Below the pieces are notes generated by a model, which had not been told where the DNA came from, made no database searches, and saw only the letters and a program-made list of their open reading frames with translations. 32,000 bases of DNA from Synechocystis sp. PCC 6803 substr. PCC-P (GTDB lineage: Bacteria; Cyanobacteriota; Cyanobacteriia; Cyanobacteriales; Microcystaceae): positions 2,040,001 through 2,072,000 of the forward strand of contig NC_017039.1 in NCBI RefSeq assembly GCF_000284455.1, written 5' to 3'. Made by a program: the position numbers and the translations under genes. Below are positions 8,323 to 18,927 of this stretch, piece by piece. Position 1 is the stretch's first letter. Each line of letters starts with the position of its first letter.

Positions 8323-8646
8323 ATGGAATTTAACTTTGACTTTCATACGTCTGAACAGGAAGAACAACGGGTCAACACACTGCTCCAATATCTGCAAAAA
8401 CAACACCCCGAAACCTTAGCCTGGATTGCCCAATCCGCCAGCCCCGAGATTAAAGAGATTATTCACCAGAATGTCCAAGGCCTAGTGGGAATGTTACCCA
8501 TGGATGACTTCGATGTGCAAATCACTACTGACCGGGAGGATTTCGCTAATCTGTTGGCTTCGGCCATGATGACAGGCTATTTCCTTAGCCGTATGGAACA
8601 ACGGAAGAATCTGGAGTCATCCTTTTCAGGCTCGGATTGTTTATAG
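8323..8646 (+). CDS. DUF760 family protein
   Basis: 107 aa: RVNTLLQYLQKQHPETLAWIAQSASPEIKEIIHQNVQGLVGMLPMDDFDVQITTDREDFANLLASAMMTGYFLSRMEQR. Confidence 0.85.
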   Translation: MEFNFDFHTSEQEEQRVNTLLQYLQKQHPETLAWIAQSASPEIKEIIHQNVQGLVGMLPMDDFDVQITTDREDFANLLASAMMTGYFLSRMEQRKNLESSFSGSDCL

Positions 8647-8774
8647 GGAATCACAGCATAGGCTGCTGGGGGTCATTGGTGACAGCGAGTTCCTGGTATT
8701 TTCGGTAGGCCATGCTTTTGGATCTACAAGAGCAACATCTAACAGACATATTACGGATACATTACTGACGGTTC

Positions 8775-9239
8775 ATGGCTAAGGAAAAAGAAAGGATAAA
8801 AGTTGTCAGCGATAATCGCCAGGCTCGTTTTCTGTACGAAATCTTAGAGACCTATGAGGCGGGCATCGAGCTGCAGGGTACTGAGGTCAAGTCAATTCGA
8901 GCAGGGAAGGTTAATTTACGGGATGGTTTTGCTCTGCTGCGGGACGGGGAAGTCTGGTTGATGAACGTGCATATTTCGCCCTATGACAAAAGTAGTTTAT
9001 TTTTTAACCATGATCCCCGTCGTACCCGGCGTTTGCTAATGCATAACTGGGAAATTCGGAAATTAATTGGTCAAGTTGAGCAAAAAGGCCTAACTTTAGT
9101 GCCGTTGAAAATGTATTTCAAGGGTAGTTGGGTAAAAGTTGCTCTGGGCCTTGGTAAAGGGAAAAAACTCCACGATAAACGGGAGACTTTAAAGCGTCGT
9201 CAGGATGACCGAGATATGGCTCGGGCCATGAAACGCTAA
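8775..9239 (+). CDS. smpB: SsrA-binding protein
   Basis: 154 aa: [44 protein letters not shown]...[24 protein letters not shown]. Confidence 0.98.
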   Translation: MAKEKERIKVVSDNRQARFLYEILETYEAGIELQGTEVKSIRAGKVNLRDGFALLRDGEVWLMNVHISPYDKSSLFFNHDPRRTRRLLMHNWEIRKLIGQVEQKGLTLVPLKMYFKGSWVKVALGLGKGKKLHDKRETLKRRQDDRDMARAMKR

Positions 9240-9305
9240 TTTCGACTACTTTCCAAGAAGTTGCGGCAGAGGTTAGTCCGATGTTAGGCGATCGCCAATG
9301 GCCTC

Positions 9306-11132
9306 TTAGCGCAGAATTTTTAATCCTTCACATTTATCCTTCATCCTTTCATCCTCGAGATTAAATTCGGCTCGAACTGAATAATTCCGTCCGGGATGAA
9401 AATAGGAATTGTAAAAGAAACTAAAGGGTGCTTTTTCCACAATGCAAACCCGATCACCATCTTTAATTTGACTAAAAATTTCCTTTTTCACCATCCAATC
9501 TGCGGTTTCTAACTGTTGGGTCAGGGGTTGAAAAGCCGGATAGGTAAAGAATTTGTTAGTTTTGTGGATAAAGATAATCATAAACACAAAGGCAACTAAG
9601 CCAAAATATTGGGGCTTCAGAATAGTTTTTGGGCTGGGACTATGCTCAGCGAAACGGGTAACTAAATAGGCGTTGAGACTGACAAACACAATCATCCAAT
9701 ACATGTAGTAGCGCAATTCGTAAGATTGAGGCATCCACATAGTCACCACCGACATAATTAGCATCAAAGCCAGGGCCACTTTGGTGGATTTTTGCCAATT
9801 TTTCCAGCAAAGAAAGACAAAAAGCACAGCGTTAAAAATTACATAGCCGCCAAAGTAACCCCCCATGCCAAAACGTTCTTCGTTCCACGAAATAAAATCC
9901 ATGGCCAAGGTCCAGCGCCAGGGTCGGCGATCGTCAAAAGCATTAATTTCTAATAAAGATTGTCCCCATCGGACTGGGGGGGGGAGCCGGCGAATCTTTT
10001 CGTGCATGAAGTTGGGAGATTCTTCGGTGTGATTAAGCACCTGGCCAACAATGGTAATTTTGACAGGATAGGCAGGGTTTTGGTAAAGAACAATATTCTT
10101 GATGGGGTTGTAGAAAATGATCAGACTAGCAAGGGTACCCAATGCAAATACTTGGGCTAATTTGAGCATATTGGCCTGGCGAGTTTTATCTGTTTGCCAG
10201 TAGTTAATAACAAAAAGTGGCAATGAACAAAGTATTAACAAAAAAACTACAGGAATTAGTTGCAATTTAATGTTGGCCGCCACAAATGCGGATAAGAATA
10301 AAATTGAAATGGTTTTTAAATTAAGTTTAACCTTATGTATGTAGAGTAAATATAAAGTTAAAATGCAAATGCTAACCCCAACATTACCTGGCAAATCAAT
10401 GTAACTTCTTGCCGCATGCATGTGAATCATGGGCACGGCCAGCAGGGAAAGGCTAGCTAGGTAGAAGGGAATTTTTGGAACTTTTACGAGATAAACAATT
10501 AAAATTATTAGGCTAAAGTAAGAAACTAAATTAGTCGCTTCAATGCGGTTAAAAACCACCCAGAACAATCCCTGCAGCCAGTTTGCCAAGAGGGGAAAAC
10601 CAAGAAATCGATTTTCTGTAAAATATTCAAAAGTATATTGTTCTGGGGGAATAATGCCCCAAATTCTGGCGGCGAAGGGTATGTGATACATAAAAGCATC
10701 ACCACCATAGTTATAGTCAAAAAAAGCAATACCAAAAATAGAAATTAAGGTTAGAACTGCCGCGCCACTAAGAATGTAGCCAATAATATTTAACACCCCT
10801 ATTTTTTTGATCTTTTCCGCAACAGCAAATTTCTTCAGAGGGTGATTAATATCCAGTGTTTCGAGTATTGACCAGCTCGTAGCTATTATTCCGACGAGGA
10901 ACAAAACAATTCTCCCCAAACGTAGATCGTCCCCCTGAAAAACATTCCAATAACCAGCAATACCCAGCATCGCAGCTAGGGAAATGGAAATATTCCCCCA
11001 AATAAAAAGCACATTATTTTCAAATTTGCCTAAGAAAGTATAGCGTTGGACAATGGTCACTCCCTTGTAAACCAAAAGACTAAAAGTTAACAGGAGAAAC
11101 CCGATCGCCAAACCAAGAAGGGGAACTAACAT
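9306..11132 (-). CDS. Polytopic membrane protein, possible GT39/PMT-like glycosyltransferase
   Basis: 608 aa with many TM segments. Acidic motif after the early TM region (YGGDAFMYHIPFAARIWGIIP) and ...RSYIDLPGNVGVSICILTLYLLY resemble dolichyl/undecaprenyl-P-sugar-dependent GT-C proteins. Confidence 0.65.
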   Translation of the reverse strand: MLVPLLGLAIGFLLLTFSLLVYKGVTIVQRYTFLGKFENNVLFIWGNISISLAAMLGIAGYWNVFQGDDLRLGRIVLFLVGIIATSWSILETLDINHPLKKFAVAEKIKKIGVLNIIGYILSGAAVLTLISIFGIAFFDYNYGGDAFMYHIPFAARIWGIIPPEQYTFEYFTENRFLGFPLLANWLQGLFWVVFNRIEATNLVSYFSLIILIVYLVKVPKIPFYLASLSLLAVPMIHMHAARSYIDLPGNVGVSICILTLYLLYIHKVKLNLKTISILFLSAFVAANIKLQLIPVVFLLILCSLPLFVINYWQTDKTRQANMLKLAQVFALGTLASLIIFYNPIKNIVLYQNPAYPVKITIVGQVLNHTEESPNFMHEKIRRLPPPVRWGQSLLEINAFDDRRPWRWTLAMDFISWNEERFGMGGYFGGYVIFNAVLFVFLCWKNWQKSTKVALALMLIMSVVTMWMPQSYELRYYMYWMIVFVSLNAYLVTRFAEHSPSPKTILKPQYFGLVAFVFMIIFIHKTNKFFTYPAFQPLTQQLETADWMVKKEIFSQIKDGDRVCIVEKAPFSFFYNSYFHPGRNYSVRAEFNLEDERMKDKCEGLKILR

Positions 11133-11145
11133 TGGGGATTAAACA

Positions 11146-12306
11146 CTAGAAGTAAAGGGCGGCAGGAAGATGGTCAAAGTTGGCGATTTTGGTGATTTTG
11201 GCACTATTGATGGTTAGGGTTGGATCTTGGGTGCCATGTTGGAATTCAAAATAAAGTTGAATTTCACTAGTTTCGGGCAAATTAATCACCCAATCCCGAT
11301 AGCTAGAGGCTAATAGTTGACTAAAGGCATGGTAGCGAAATATCACTTTGTCATTAACTTTAACACCGCACATTAAATCATTTTGGGTGCCTTCTGCGGT
11401 GAAATCCCAATCAATTAAATAGCGACCTTTGGGCAAAATTAACTTACTTTTGAGGCGAGCAGAACCATCCTTACCCCGCTCGAAATGATCGGCATCTAAC
11501 AGGCTATGGCTCTCAAACTGAAATGGGACTTGGTAGGGAGTTTCCCCTAGGCGATCGCCATGGATATAGAGATTATTGCGAATGTCTGCCCCCACAGGAT
11601 AATCGTCAGCAGTTTTAACTTCCCGATAGGTATTAACGTCGATGGCAACGTAGCCCAAATTGCGCAGAAAATCCAAACATCGAGTATCATCCCGCTGGGT
11701 TTCTAAAACTAAATGGGGTTTGGCAGAAACTAACGTTTTTTCCAGACCTTTAATGGCATCAAATTCTGCTCCTTCAATGTCCATTTTTAGTAAATTTGGC
11801 ACCAGCTTGGTGTGTTCCACAAAGTCATCTAGAGCAATGGTTTTGACTTCATAGCTGGAGCCTTCTCCATTTTCACTGTAAATACTGTCATTGAGATGGC
11901 TGCCCAGGTAAATTTTTACAGTTTCATGGGAAGTGGAGTAAACCGCATGGTGAAAAAGCTGGACATTATTACAGCCACTCAATACTAAATTGCGTTGGGT
12001 TTTATCAATAATGCGGGGGCTAGCTTCAAAGGCACAAACAATACCCTTTGGCCCTACCATTCTCGACATTACTGTGGTTAAACCCGCAAAGTTTGCCCCC
12101 ACATCAAAGACAACATCTCCCGGCTTACAGAGATCTCGTAATACTATTTGCACTGGCGGTTCCCAAAGGTTTTCCTGGTACCAAGGGGCAATGCCAAAAA
12201 ATTGTACGGAGGACAGTTTTTCCTCCACTGCTAGCTTTTTATCAATTTCTGGAGCAAGGACTTTTGCTAATTTGAATTTGAGTTTATCTTTGATTCTGTT
12301 AAACAT
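11146..12306 (-). CDS. FkbM-family methyltransferase
   Basis: 386 aa: LCKPGDVVFDVGANFAGLTTVMSRMVGPKGIVCAFEASPRIIDKTQRNLVLSGCNNVQLFHHAVYS...VKTIALDDFVEHTKLVPNLLKMDIEGAEFDAIKGLEKTL. Confidence 0.9.
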   Translation of the reverse strand: MFNRIKDKLKFKLAKVLAPEIDKKLAVEEKLSSVQFFGIAPWYQENLWEPPVQIVLRDLCKPGDVVFDVGANFAGLTTVMSRMVGPKGIVCAFEASPRIIDKTQRNLVLSGCNNVQLFHHAVYSTSHETVKIYLGSHLNDSIYSENGEGSSYEVKTIALDDFVEHTKLVPNLLKMDIEGAEFDAIKGLEKTLVSAKPHLVLETQRDDTRCLDFLRNLGYVAIDVNTYREVKTADDYPVGADIRNNLYIHGDRLGETPYQVPFQFESHSLLDADHFERGKDGSARLKSKLILPKGRYLIDWDFTAEGTQNDLMCGVKVNDKVIFRYHAFSQLLASSYRDWVINLPETSEIQLYFEFQHGTQDPTLTINSAKITKIANFDHLPAALYF

Positions 12307-12308
12307 AA

Positions 12309-15299
12309 TTATTTTTTAGAAGCGGTAATATCCGTAAACCAAAGGAAAGAATGTTGTTCGTGGCGATTATCGTTAAAAATTGAGTAATGGGGAGAAAAAA
12401 GTCTATCTTCAGGCCAAGACTGTTGGTGTTCCTGCTCCCATTGTTTAGTTAGTTTGCGAGCCGTTAGCATGGAGTTAAGGGGAGAAAATTTAGATAATTT
12501 GGGTAACCAATCCAGAGAGCGATAGGTTCCTAGCAATGCTTCAATGCCCGGAGCGTATTTCAAAGCTTCAGCATTGGGGTCAACTTTTTCTAGATAAGTG
12601 ACCAAATTGTGGGCATGGTCAAAATCTGTACTAGTATGCTTACAGTAAGATTTGCGATAGCCCAGGCAATGGTAGAGTAAATTTTCCACTTCTCGTGGCG
12701 ATCGCCGTTGGAAAGCATATTTAACACCGGCCAGGGTGCGATGTAAATACCAAGCCCGCATATCCTCAATTTCCGTGGCAGGACTTTGGGTGGTGCGCTC
12801 ATCGGGATAATTCCAGAACAGACCCAGCATTTTATCCACCACTTTACTTTTAATGAAGGGCATGACCCGGTTTTTAAATTCCGTATCCCCTGCCCCCCGG
12901 AAGCTTTGGTCATAGTAACCAAAACGTTCGTGAATTGATTTGCGATATAGCGCCCCTACCCAGGATAAGTAGCAGGTTTCTAGATAAACTAAATCCTGTT
13001 CATAGCCAGTGCGGTCGTAGGGCATAATGTCGCTGACCCAACCCCCCTGCATATCCACATTGGTGACCAAACTATGGCCAATGGCCCAATCCAATTCTGG
13101 ATCCTGATCCAATTCCCCCGCCAAAATTTCTAAACAGTCGGGCAAAATGGTTTCATCTACCCCCAAAAAGGCTAAATATGGGGATTTTGCCAACTTAATC
13201 CCCCGGTTCCAGGCACTTTGGATGGTTTCCCGTTGCGGCGATCGGGCATATAGGAGAGGATAACCCAGGGTGGGAGCTAAATCTTTGAAAACTTCATACT
13301 CATTTCCCGGCGAACCGCTATCCACCAATACCACTTCCGCTTCTCCCCGTTTAATTAGGGTTTGGTGTTGTAGGGTCTTTAAGAATAGGGGTAATTTTGC
13401 CGCTGCATTGTAGAGGGAAACAATAATGGAAGCTCGGTATGGCCCATCCCCCCGGCGATCGTCCCAAATCTCATACTCATCCCCCGCCGGATTGGCCAAA
13501 TTATCCAAACGAGCCTGTTCGATTAAGCTAAGGCAACGCTCCTCCCGTTCTGAAGGTTGACCATAAAGGGCAGACACCGCCGCCATTTCCTTGGGAAAGC
13601 CATATTCCGTCAGGGTCCGCAACACAAAGGGTAAATCGCCAAATTGATCTGAACCCAATGCTCGCAGGGCCCGGACCTTATAGGTGGCAGAAACCAAAGT
13701 ATTGCCCCGTAATTCTTCAATACGTGCTAGCTCCCGCCAGAGTCGCACCCGGTCGATGCGGTAATTGGTAGCTAATTTACCCCGCACTCCTTGGAATTCT
13801 GACTCGTAGCCGGAGCCTAAACGCCATCCCATTTGGATTTTTTCCGCCAAATCTTTAGCGGTTTGTTCCGTGGCATTGAAGGCTTCTTTATATTTTTTAA
13901 GTAAATTAGGAGCCTTAACTAACTGGGCATTGCGGTCATCTGCTAAGGGCTGTAAAATTTTACCTTTTAATTGTCCAGCGGTGCTTTTTAAATTATTTTT
14001 AATTTGCTTGAGAGTTGGTTTTAATTGGGCTTTCAGCGGTTGTAAGAAAGAAACATTTTCCTGGGTACTTACCCAATAGCCCATTAATTGACCATACCAA
14101 CTTTGTAACTCATCTCTGATTTCCTCCTCGTACTGGCCAGTTTGTTGATAGATATCAGCCAAAATGGGACTATCAGCAATGGCTGTTGAGTTTTTAACGC
14201 TATCCACCAATCGGCGACGGTAATTATTGTAGTCGCTTAGAATATTTTCAATGGCTGGTAAGCAACTGTAGATATTATCCAGATCAATTTCTACGAAAGG
14301 AACATCGGGAAAGTCTTCTTTGAGTAAACGACATACCCCAGCTCCACCGCCAACTACAGTGGGACAACCGGAAAACAAGGATTCCAAAGCTACTAAGTTA
14401 AGTGTATCGTAGCGTGAGGGTACGAAGGTGACTGTTTTGCGGGCGAATAAGCCCATCAATTCCTGTTGCGGTTTGGGGGGTAAAAATTTAACCGGACTCT
14501 GGCGATCGCCAAGCATACTCCGGAGATAGGTTTCCGAAGAAATGGTGCCGGTATCGTTAAAACTATGGGGGCCAATGATATTAGCTTCATGATAAAGATT
14601 TCTGTTTAACCACCAAGCGATATCAATAAAAATATCTGGGCCTTTCCGTTTCTCTGTGCGACCAACAAAGTTTAAATCAGGGCGATCGCCACTGGCAATT
14701 GCTTCTAGGGGCTGGGGTAATTCAAAAAAGTGTAGAGGATGGTAATAATGGGCAGAAAATCGACTTAGGGATTGCCATTCGTCAATGTAGCTTTTGCTAA
14801 TACCGTAACGCAGATCTACGGTGGCGTATTGCTTCCATTCTTCTAGTTCTAGGGGTATATTTTCCTTCCCTTGATTGAACCAATCTAACTTTAAAGTGGT
14901 GGAAATTTTGCCGTGGAGAGAAAGGGCAATCTTAGCAAATTTCACCCGATGGTAATCCAGGGCTGGACGCAAAAAAATCGCCCATTGTTCATAGTCAGGG
15001 GAATCGATCAAATCAAATTCCATGCCGGCCACTGACGTGGCAATATTACTGGCCCTGATGAAGGAACGATAAACCCATTTAGGGGGATTAACGTCAAAAA
15101 AATTGTTTAAATCGGCGAGGAAATATTTTTCCTGAAAGGGGACTCCGTGGGCATTATCAGGGCGTTCAGTTACACGAGCTTCTTTGTCAATCAGGTAATA
15201 AAAGTCAATATCGGGGTTTTTCCGAATTAAACTGCGGTAAAAAGTTTGCCCGCCACCTACTTTGGCAAATAGGTCAAAATCTGTGATTAATACCTTCAT
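12309..15299 (-). CDS. Large bifunctional glycosyltransferase: N-terminal GT4-like plus C-terminal GT2
   Basis: 996 aa. N-terminal LNFVGRTEKRKGPDIFIDIAWWL...FVPSRYDTLNLVALESLFSGCPTVVGGGAGV (GT4). C-terminal YRASIIVSLYNAAAKLPLFLKTLQHQTL...EVVLVDSGSPGNEYEVF (GT2). Confidence 0.85.
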   Translation of the reverse strand: MKVLITDFDLFAKVGGGQTFYRSLIRKNPDIDFYYLIDKEARVTERPDNAHGVPFQEKYFLADLNNFFDVNPPKWVYRSFIRASNIATSVAGMEFDLIDSPDYEQWAIFLRPALDYHRVKFAKIALSLHGKISTTLKLDWFNQGKENIPLELEEWKQYATVDLRYGISKSYIDEWQSLSRFSAHYYHPLHFFELPQPLEAIASGDRPDLNFVGRTEKRKGPDIFIDIAWWLNRNLYHEANIIGPHSFNDTGTISSETYLRSMLGDRQSPVKFLPPKPQQELMGLFARKTVTFVPSRYDTLNLVALESLFSGCPTVVGGGAGVCRLLKEDFPDVPFVEIDLDNIYSCLPAIENILSDYNNYRRRLVDSVKNSTAIADSPILADIYQQTGQYEEEIRDELQSWYGQLMGYWVSTQENVSFLQPLKAQLKPTLKQIKNNLKSTAGQLKGKILQPLADDRNAQLVKAPNLLKKYKEAFNATEQTAKDLAEKIQMGWRLGSGYESEFQGVRGKLATNYRIDRVRLWRELARIEELRGNTLVSATYKVRALRALGSDQFGDLPFVLRTLTEYGFPKEMAAVSALYGQPSEREERCLSLIEQARLDNLANPAGDEYEIWDDRRGDGPYRASIIVSLYNAAAKLPLFLKTLQHQTLIKRGEAEVVLVDSGSPGNEYEVFKDLAPTLGYPLLYARSPQRETIQSAWNRGIKLAKSPYLAFLGVDETILPDCLEILAGELDQDPELDWAIGHSLVTNVDMQGGWVSDIMPYDRTGYEQDLVYLETCYLSWVGALYRKSIHERFGYYDQSFRGAGDTEFKNRVMPFIKSKVVDKMLGLFWNYPDERTTQSPATEIEDMRAWYLHRTLAGVKYAFQRRSPREVENLLYHCLGYRKSYCKHTSTDFDHAHNLVTYLEKVDPNAEALKYAPGIEALLGTYRSLDWLPKLSKFSPLNSMLTARKLTKQWEQEHQQSWPEDRLFSPHYSIFNDNRHEQHSFLWFTDITASKK

Positions 15300-18200
15300 G
15301 AAAGCAAATCTAGGTAGGTTTGATAAAGCTGACGATAGTCGTAGTTTTGGGCAAAGTTGCGGGCAGAATTACCCAACTGCTCATATTGGTGGGGGTGCTG
15401 GATAATATCTTCAATTACCCCAACATAAGTGGCTAAATTATTGTTGATTAAACAATCTACCCCCGACTCCACCGGATAGCCCCGAAAGGCGATCGCCGTG
15501 CCGAGGATTACCTTACCACAGGCCATTGCCTCCAGGGTTTTGACAGACATACCAGTGCCCGCTTCGAGGGGAATTAGCACCAGGGCCGAGCGTTGATAAA
15601 GGGCTTGGAGGACGGAATCGGAGACTTTCCCCAGGGCCAAAAAGTTTCGTTTCTGAGTTGGTGGACAACAACTGCCCACGGCGATCGCCTGCCAATGGCC
15701 ACTACCAACTTGGGCCAGGGCTTGAATTTGCTCCACTGCTTTGACATTGGGAGGATGTTGACTACCCACAAATAAACAGAAAGGTTTTCGCCAATCAATG
15801 GTGGAGTCAAAGGATTGTAACTCCGCCAGGGCTGTTTCTGGAGCAAGTAAATCTACGGTGGCTTGGGTGTCTAAACCAATGGGAACACAATGGCTGGTAA
15901 TGTTATGACTTTGAAAAAATGCTTGGTCATCGGGGGAAAGGGTCACTACTTCATCGGCTTCCCGCAAGGCTTGCAATTCTTCTGCCAGGGCAATCTGGGC
16001 TAACCATGTGTGCGGTGGCAATTGTTTAGCCAACACGTCATGGGCTGTGAGAATTAATTTGACTCCCCGACGGCGACAAATGGGCCCGGCGATCGCCGCC
16101 CAAAAGGGATATTCCAGCAACACCGCATCTGCCCCATCAATCACTCGCTCTAACGTTTCTTGAAATTTCTGGTCAAAACGACTGCCATAGTAAATCCAAG
16201 GCAGCCAATTTTCCCCTAACTCCTGGTGGGACAATGGGAAAAAATTAATGTTGTCAGCTAGGGAAATGTCCAGCATTTTCTGCCAACTTAAAAACGCTTC
16301 TTGATAAATCTTCTGTATTAGCTCACCCTGGGCAAAGGTTGATCTGAAATAACGATAATGAATTTGTCCCTGCCAATTACTCTGGCGATCGCCAATGGTA
16401 AACACCGTCACATCTAGGCCTTGACTGGCAAGAAAATCTGCCACTTTTCCAGACCGCTGACTGGCTCCACTACGCCGCTCTTCCATATCCCCCCAGGGAT
16501 AAAGCATGACAACCTTCTTGACAACATTTTTGTTGTTAGTTGCAGATAAAAGTTTCTCTCCAAGAATATCGGTAAAGGCTTGGTTTAAATGTTCATAATC
16601 AAGACCTTGACCATTAGTTTTCAGTGAATAAATTCGTGTTTGAGGTTGTAATTCCTGCAACTTAAAAGCCAAAGGTTCAGTAGTGGTGAGTAAAACTCCA
16701 AATAATTTCAGCTGATCAAGTTCCCACTGAAAATCTTGATAAACAATTTCTTTTCTTTGGCGGAGGGCATCATCATAGGTATGAAATCTATCCACCTCCA
16801 GTATGGTTCTAGTTAAATCTAAGCCTAATTTTCTTAAGTAATGTTGGCAGAAGAACGAATCTGCGTAAATTAAATCGATGTTACTACCCAATTTATTTTG
16901 TAATTCTTGCGAAATAAGCAAACCTGCCGACTGTACCCAATCCGTAATTAGCGTTGATCTATGCTCGTAATAATCCCGTAGATATTTTTTCTGTTGTTCC
17001 GGAGATAAACTGGTAGAATTTTTAGCAAAATCAATGTAAAAATCATCATCTACATAATAATCTTGTAAAATCCAATATTGTTTTAAGCCAAGCTGGTGTA
17101 GATCATCGCTAAGATAGTCCCATTCCGGTAAGTTAGCCTGGCCTAAGCGGCGATAAAAAATGCCATAAACTCCATAGCCACAACGACAAAAATATCTGAT
17201 TTTATTAAGGTTATCCCTATCGCTTAATTTATCTAGAGCCATTATCACCAATATTGAAGCCCTAGCTGAAACTTCGGGCTGAATTTCCACCGTTTTTACA
17301 AGGGATATTGCCAGTGGCTTAAGCAGACATTCTAAAAAGTAATCCGGGGATTGAATAAATTGCCAATGGTAACTAAAATGCTCAGCTTTTTCCGTCAGAC
17401 TAGCTAGATTTTCTAACACATACCGAACTGACCTGGGTAAATCTTGGGGATTTTGATAAATGCCAGCTCTAGTTTCATCAACCTGCTCCGCCAACCAACT
17501 ACCCTGGGGTACCACCACTGGTTTACCCGCCGCCAGAGCTTCGGTTAATACCCCTGAAGTACGTTGATAATTTATTGGGTTATAGGGCAATACCACCACA
17601 TCCGCTGAAGCTAATAAGTGATAGTAGGCATCGGGTTCCAGAGCATGATCAATTAACTCCACTGCACTACAAGGATACTGACAAAGTTTAAGCTTAGCTT
17701 CTAGAATTACTTCTTCTCCTCCGACAACATTATAGTTAGATTGAATGGTAAATTTTGCCAAACCAGGCTTGAGATAATCAGTCCATAAATCTGCTACTAA
17801 AACCGGTAAATGCTGATAACCTTTCTCCGATCTGGCATCACCTAAATAAATTATATGAACAAAATTTTTATTACTATCACCCTTATGAAAATTTTCTAAT
17901 TTTAGTTTTTCTTGGCGAAAAGGAATCGGTACCTGGGTGAAAATTGCGGGACTCAGTTGATTATGTTTTCTCACCAAATCTTTAGTATCTGTGTAAAAGC
18001 GAATTTTGCCAGGCCAGAGTTCAGTTTGGCAAAACTTTTCCAAACATTTTTTTAATCCTATGCCCGTAGCATTGACTACTAATGGGTCTTCAGTATCACG
18101 CCTAAATAATAGATGATAGGTAGGCAAATCATCCTGGTTTTGATTATTTAAAAAATAAAATAGTTCTTCTAATTGCTCAATGCCGAAGGTATGAATAAGA

Positions 18201-18802
18201 ATGTGATCCGCCGCAGTCAGCTCTAGCGCCGGCAAAATTTCCTCTAGGGTTTGGGTAAAACTTTTGGTTTCTACAACAGAATTTCCTTCGGATTGATTAA
18301 ATTTATCAACAGTTTTATTAATAATTTTTATGGAAATTTTTCCCACTAGACGGGTAACACCCCAAAGAATTTTTAATAAGCCCCAAGTTGTGTTAGCTAA
18401 GGGTATGGACCGCAAAGATCTAAGATCGGCTTTAAACCACCCTTTCAACCGTTGGGTGCTACCTTTTACTTTTTCCAAAAGTATTCTTAGTTCTGGATGA
18501 TTTTGTTGCCACAGATAAAGTTGATGACGCCACCTTTCTTGCCAAGGTTGGGTTAGATTTAATAAATCGGGGGCAATAGATTCTATATTTTCGCCATTGG
18601 TTGGCTGGTTGAACCAATCTACTTGAAAAGCTGGAATAATTTTTATATCTCCAGCCGCTAAAGACTCCTTCAGAATTTGATTGGCAATGATAATCGGTTG
18701 ATAGCCTTGTCTCTGGGCTGCTTCTGCCACAGCAACACTACACTCATAGTGATGTCCTTGCAAGTTGCACAGGGAATGGTCAATAACAACAAATTTTTTC
18801 AT
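15296..18802 (-). CDS. Very large multi-domain glycosyltransferase with two GT4-type C-terminal sites
   Basis: 1168 aa. Site 1: YLGDARSEKGYQHLPVLVADL...LLASADVVVLPYNPINYQRTSGVLTEALAAGKPVVV. Site 2: FCLFVGSQHPPNVKAVEQI...YQRSALVLIPLEAGTGMSVKTLEAMACGKVILGTAIAFRG. Overlaps the next gene by ATGA (15296-15299). Confidence 0.85.
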   Translation of the reverse strand: MKKFVVIDHSLCNLQGHHYECSVAVAEAAQRQGYQPIIIANQILKESLAAGDIKIIPAFQVDWFNQPTNGENIESIAPDLLNLTQPWQERWRHQLYLWQQNHPELRILLEKVKGSTQRLKGWFKADLRSLRSIPLANTTWGLLKILWGVTRLVGKISIKIINKTVDKFNQSEGNSVVETKSFTQTLEEILPALELTAADHILIHTFGIEQLEELFYFLNNQNQDDLPTYHLLFRRDTEDPLVVNATGIGLKKCLEKFCQTELWPGKIRFYTDTKDLVRKHNQLSPAIFTQVPIPFRQEKLKLENFHKGDSNKNFVHIIYLGDARSEKGYQHLPVLVADLWTDYLKPGLAKFTIQSNYNVVGGEEVILEAKLKLCQYPCSAVELIDHALEPDAYYHLLASADVVVLPYNPINYQRTSGVLTEALAAGKPVVVPQGSWLAEQVDETRAGIYQNPQDLPRSVRYVLENLASLTEKAEHFSYHWQFIQSPDYFLECLLKPLAISLVKTVEIQPEVSARASILVIMALDKLSDRDNLNKIRYFCRCGYGVYGIFYRRLGQANLPEWDYLSDDLHQLGLKQYWILQDYYVDDDFYIDFAKNSTSLSPEQQKKYLRDYYEHRSTLITDWVQSAGLLISQELQNKLGSNIDLIYADSFFCQHYLRKLGLDLTRTILEVDRFHTYDDALRQRKEIVYQDFQWELDQLKLFGVLLTTTEPLAFKLQELQPQTRIYSLKTNGQGLDYEHLNQAFTDILGEKLLSATNNKNVVKKVVMLYPWGDMEERRSGASQRSGKVADFLASQGLDVTVFTIGDRQSNWQGQIHYRYFRSTFAQGELIQKIYQEAFLSWQKMLDISLADNINFFPLSHQELGENWLPWIYYGSRFDQKFQETLERVIDGADAVLLEYPFWAAIAGPICRRRGVKLILTAHDVLAKQLPPHTWLAQIALAEELQALREADEVVTLSPDDQAFFQSHNITSHCVPIGLDTQATVDLLAPETALAELQSFDSTIDWRKPFCLFVGSQHPPNVKAVEQIQALAQVGSGHWQAIAVGSCCPPTQKRNFLALGKVSDSVLQALYQRSALVLIPLEAGTGMSVKTLEAMACGKVILGTAIAFRGYPVESGVDCLINNNLATYVGVIEDIIQHPHQYEQLGNSARNFAQNYDYRQLYQTYLDLLS

Positions 18803-18927
18803 TACCAGAGCAAAATAAAGACGAAAATTCTCCAGCCCAATGATGACGGAGAAGTCAATTAAAAGACATAGTTATGGGAAGTTGGCTAGTGCTTGGGGAC
18901 CATGTTCAGTTGATAAAATAAACACAA

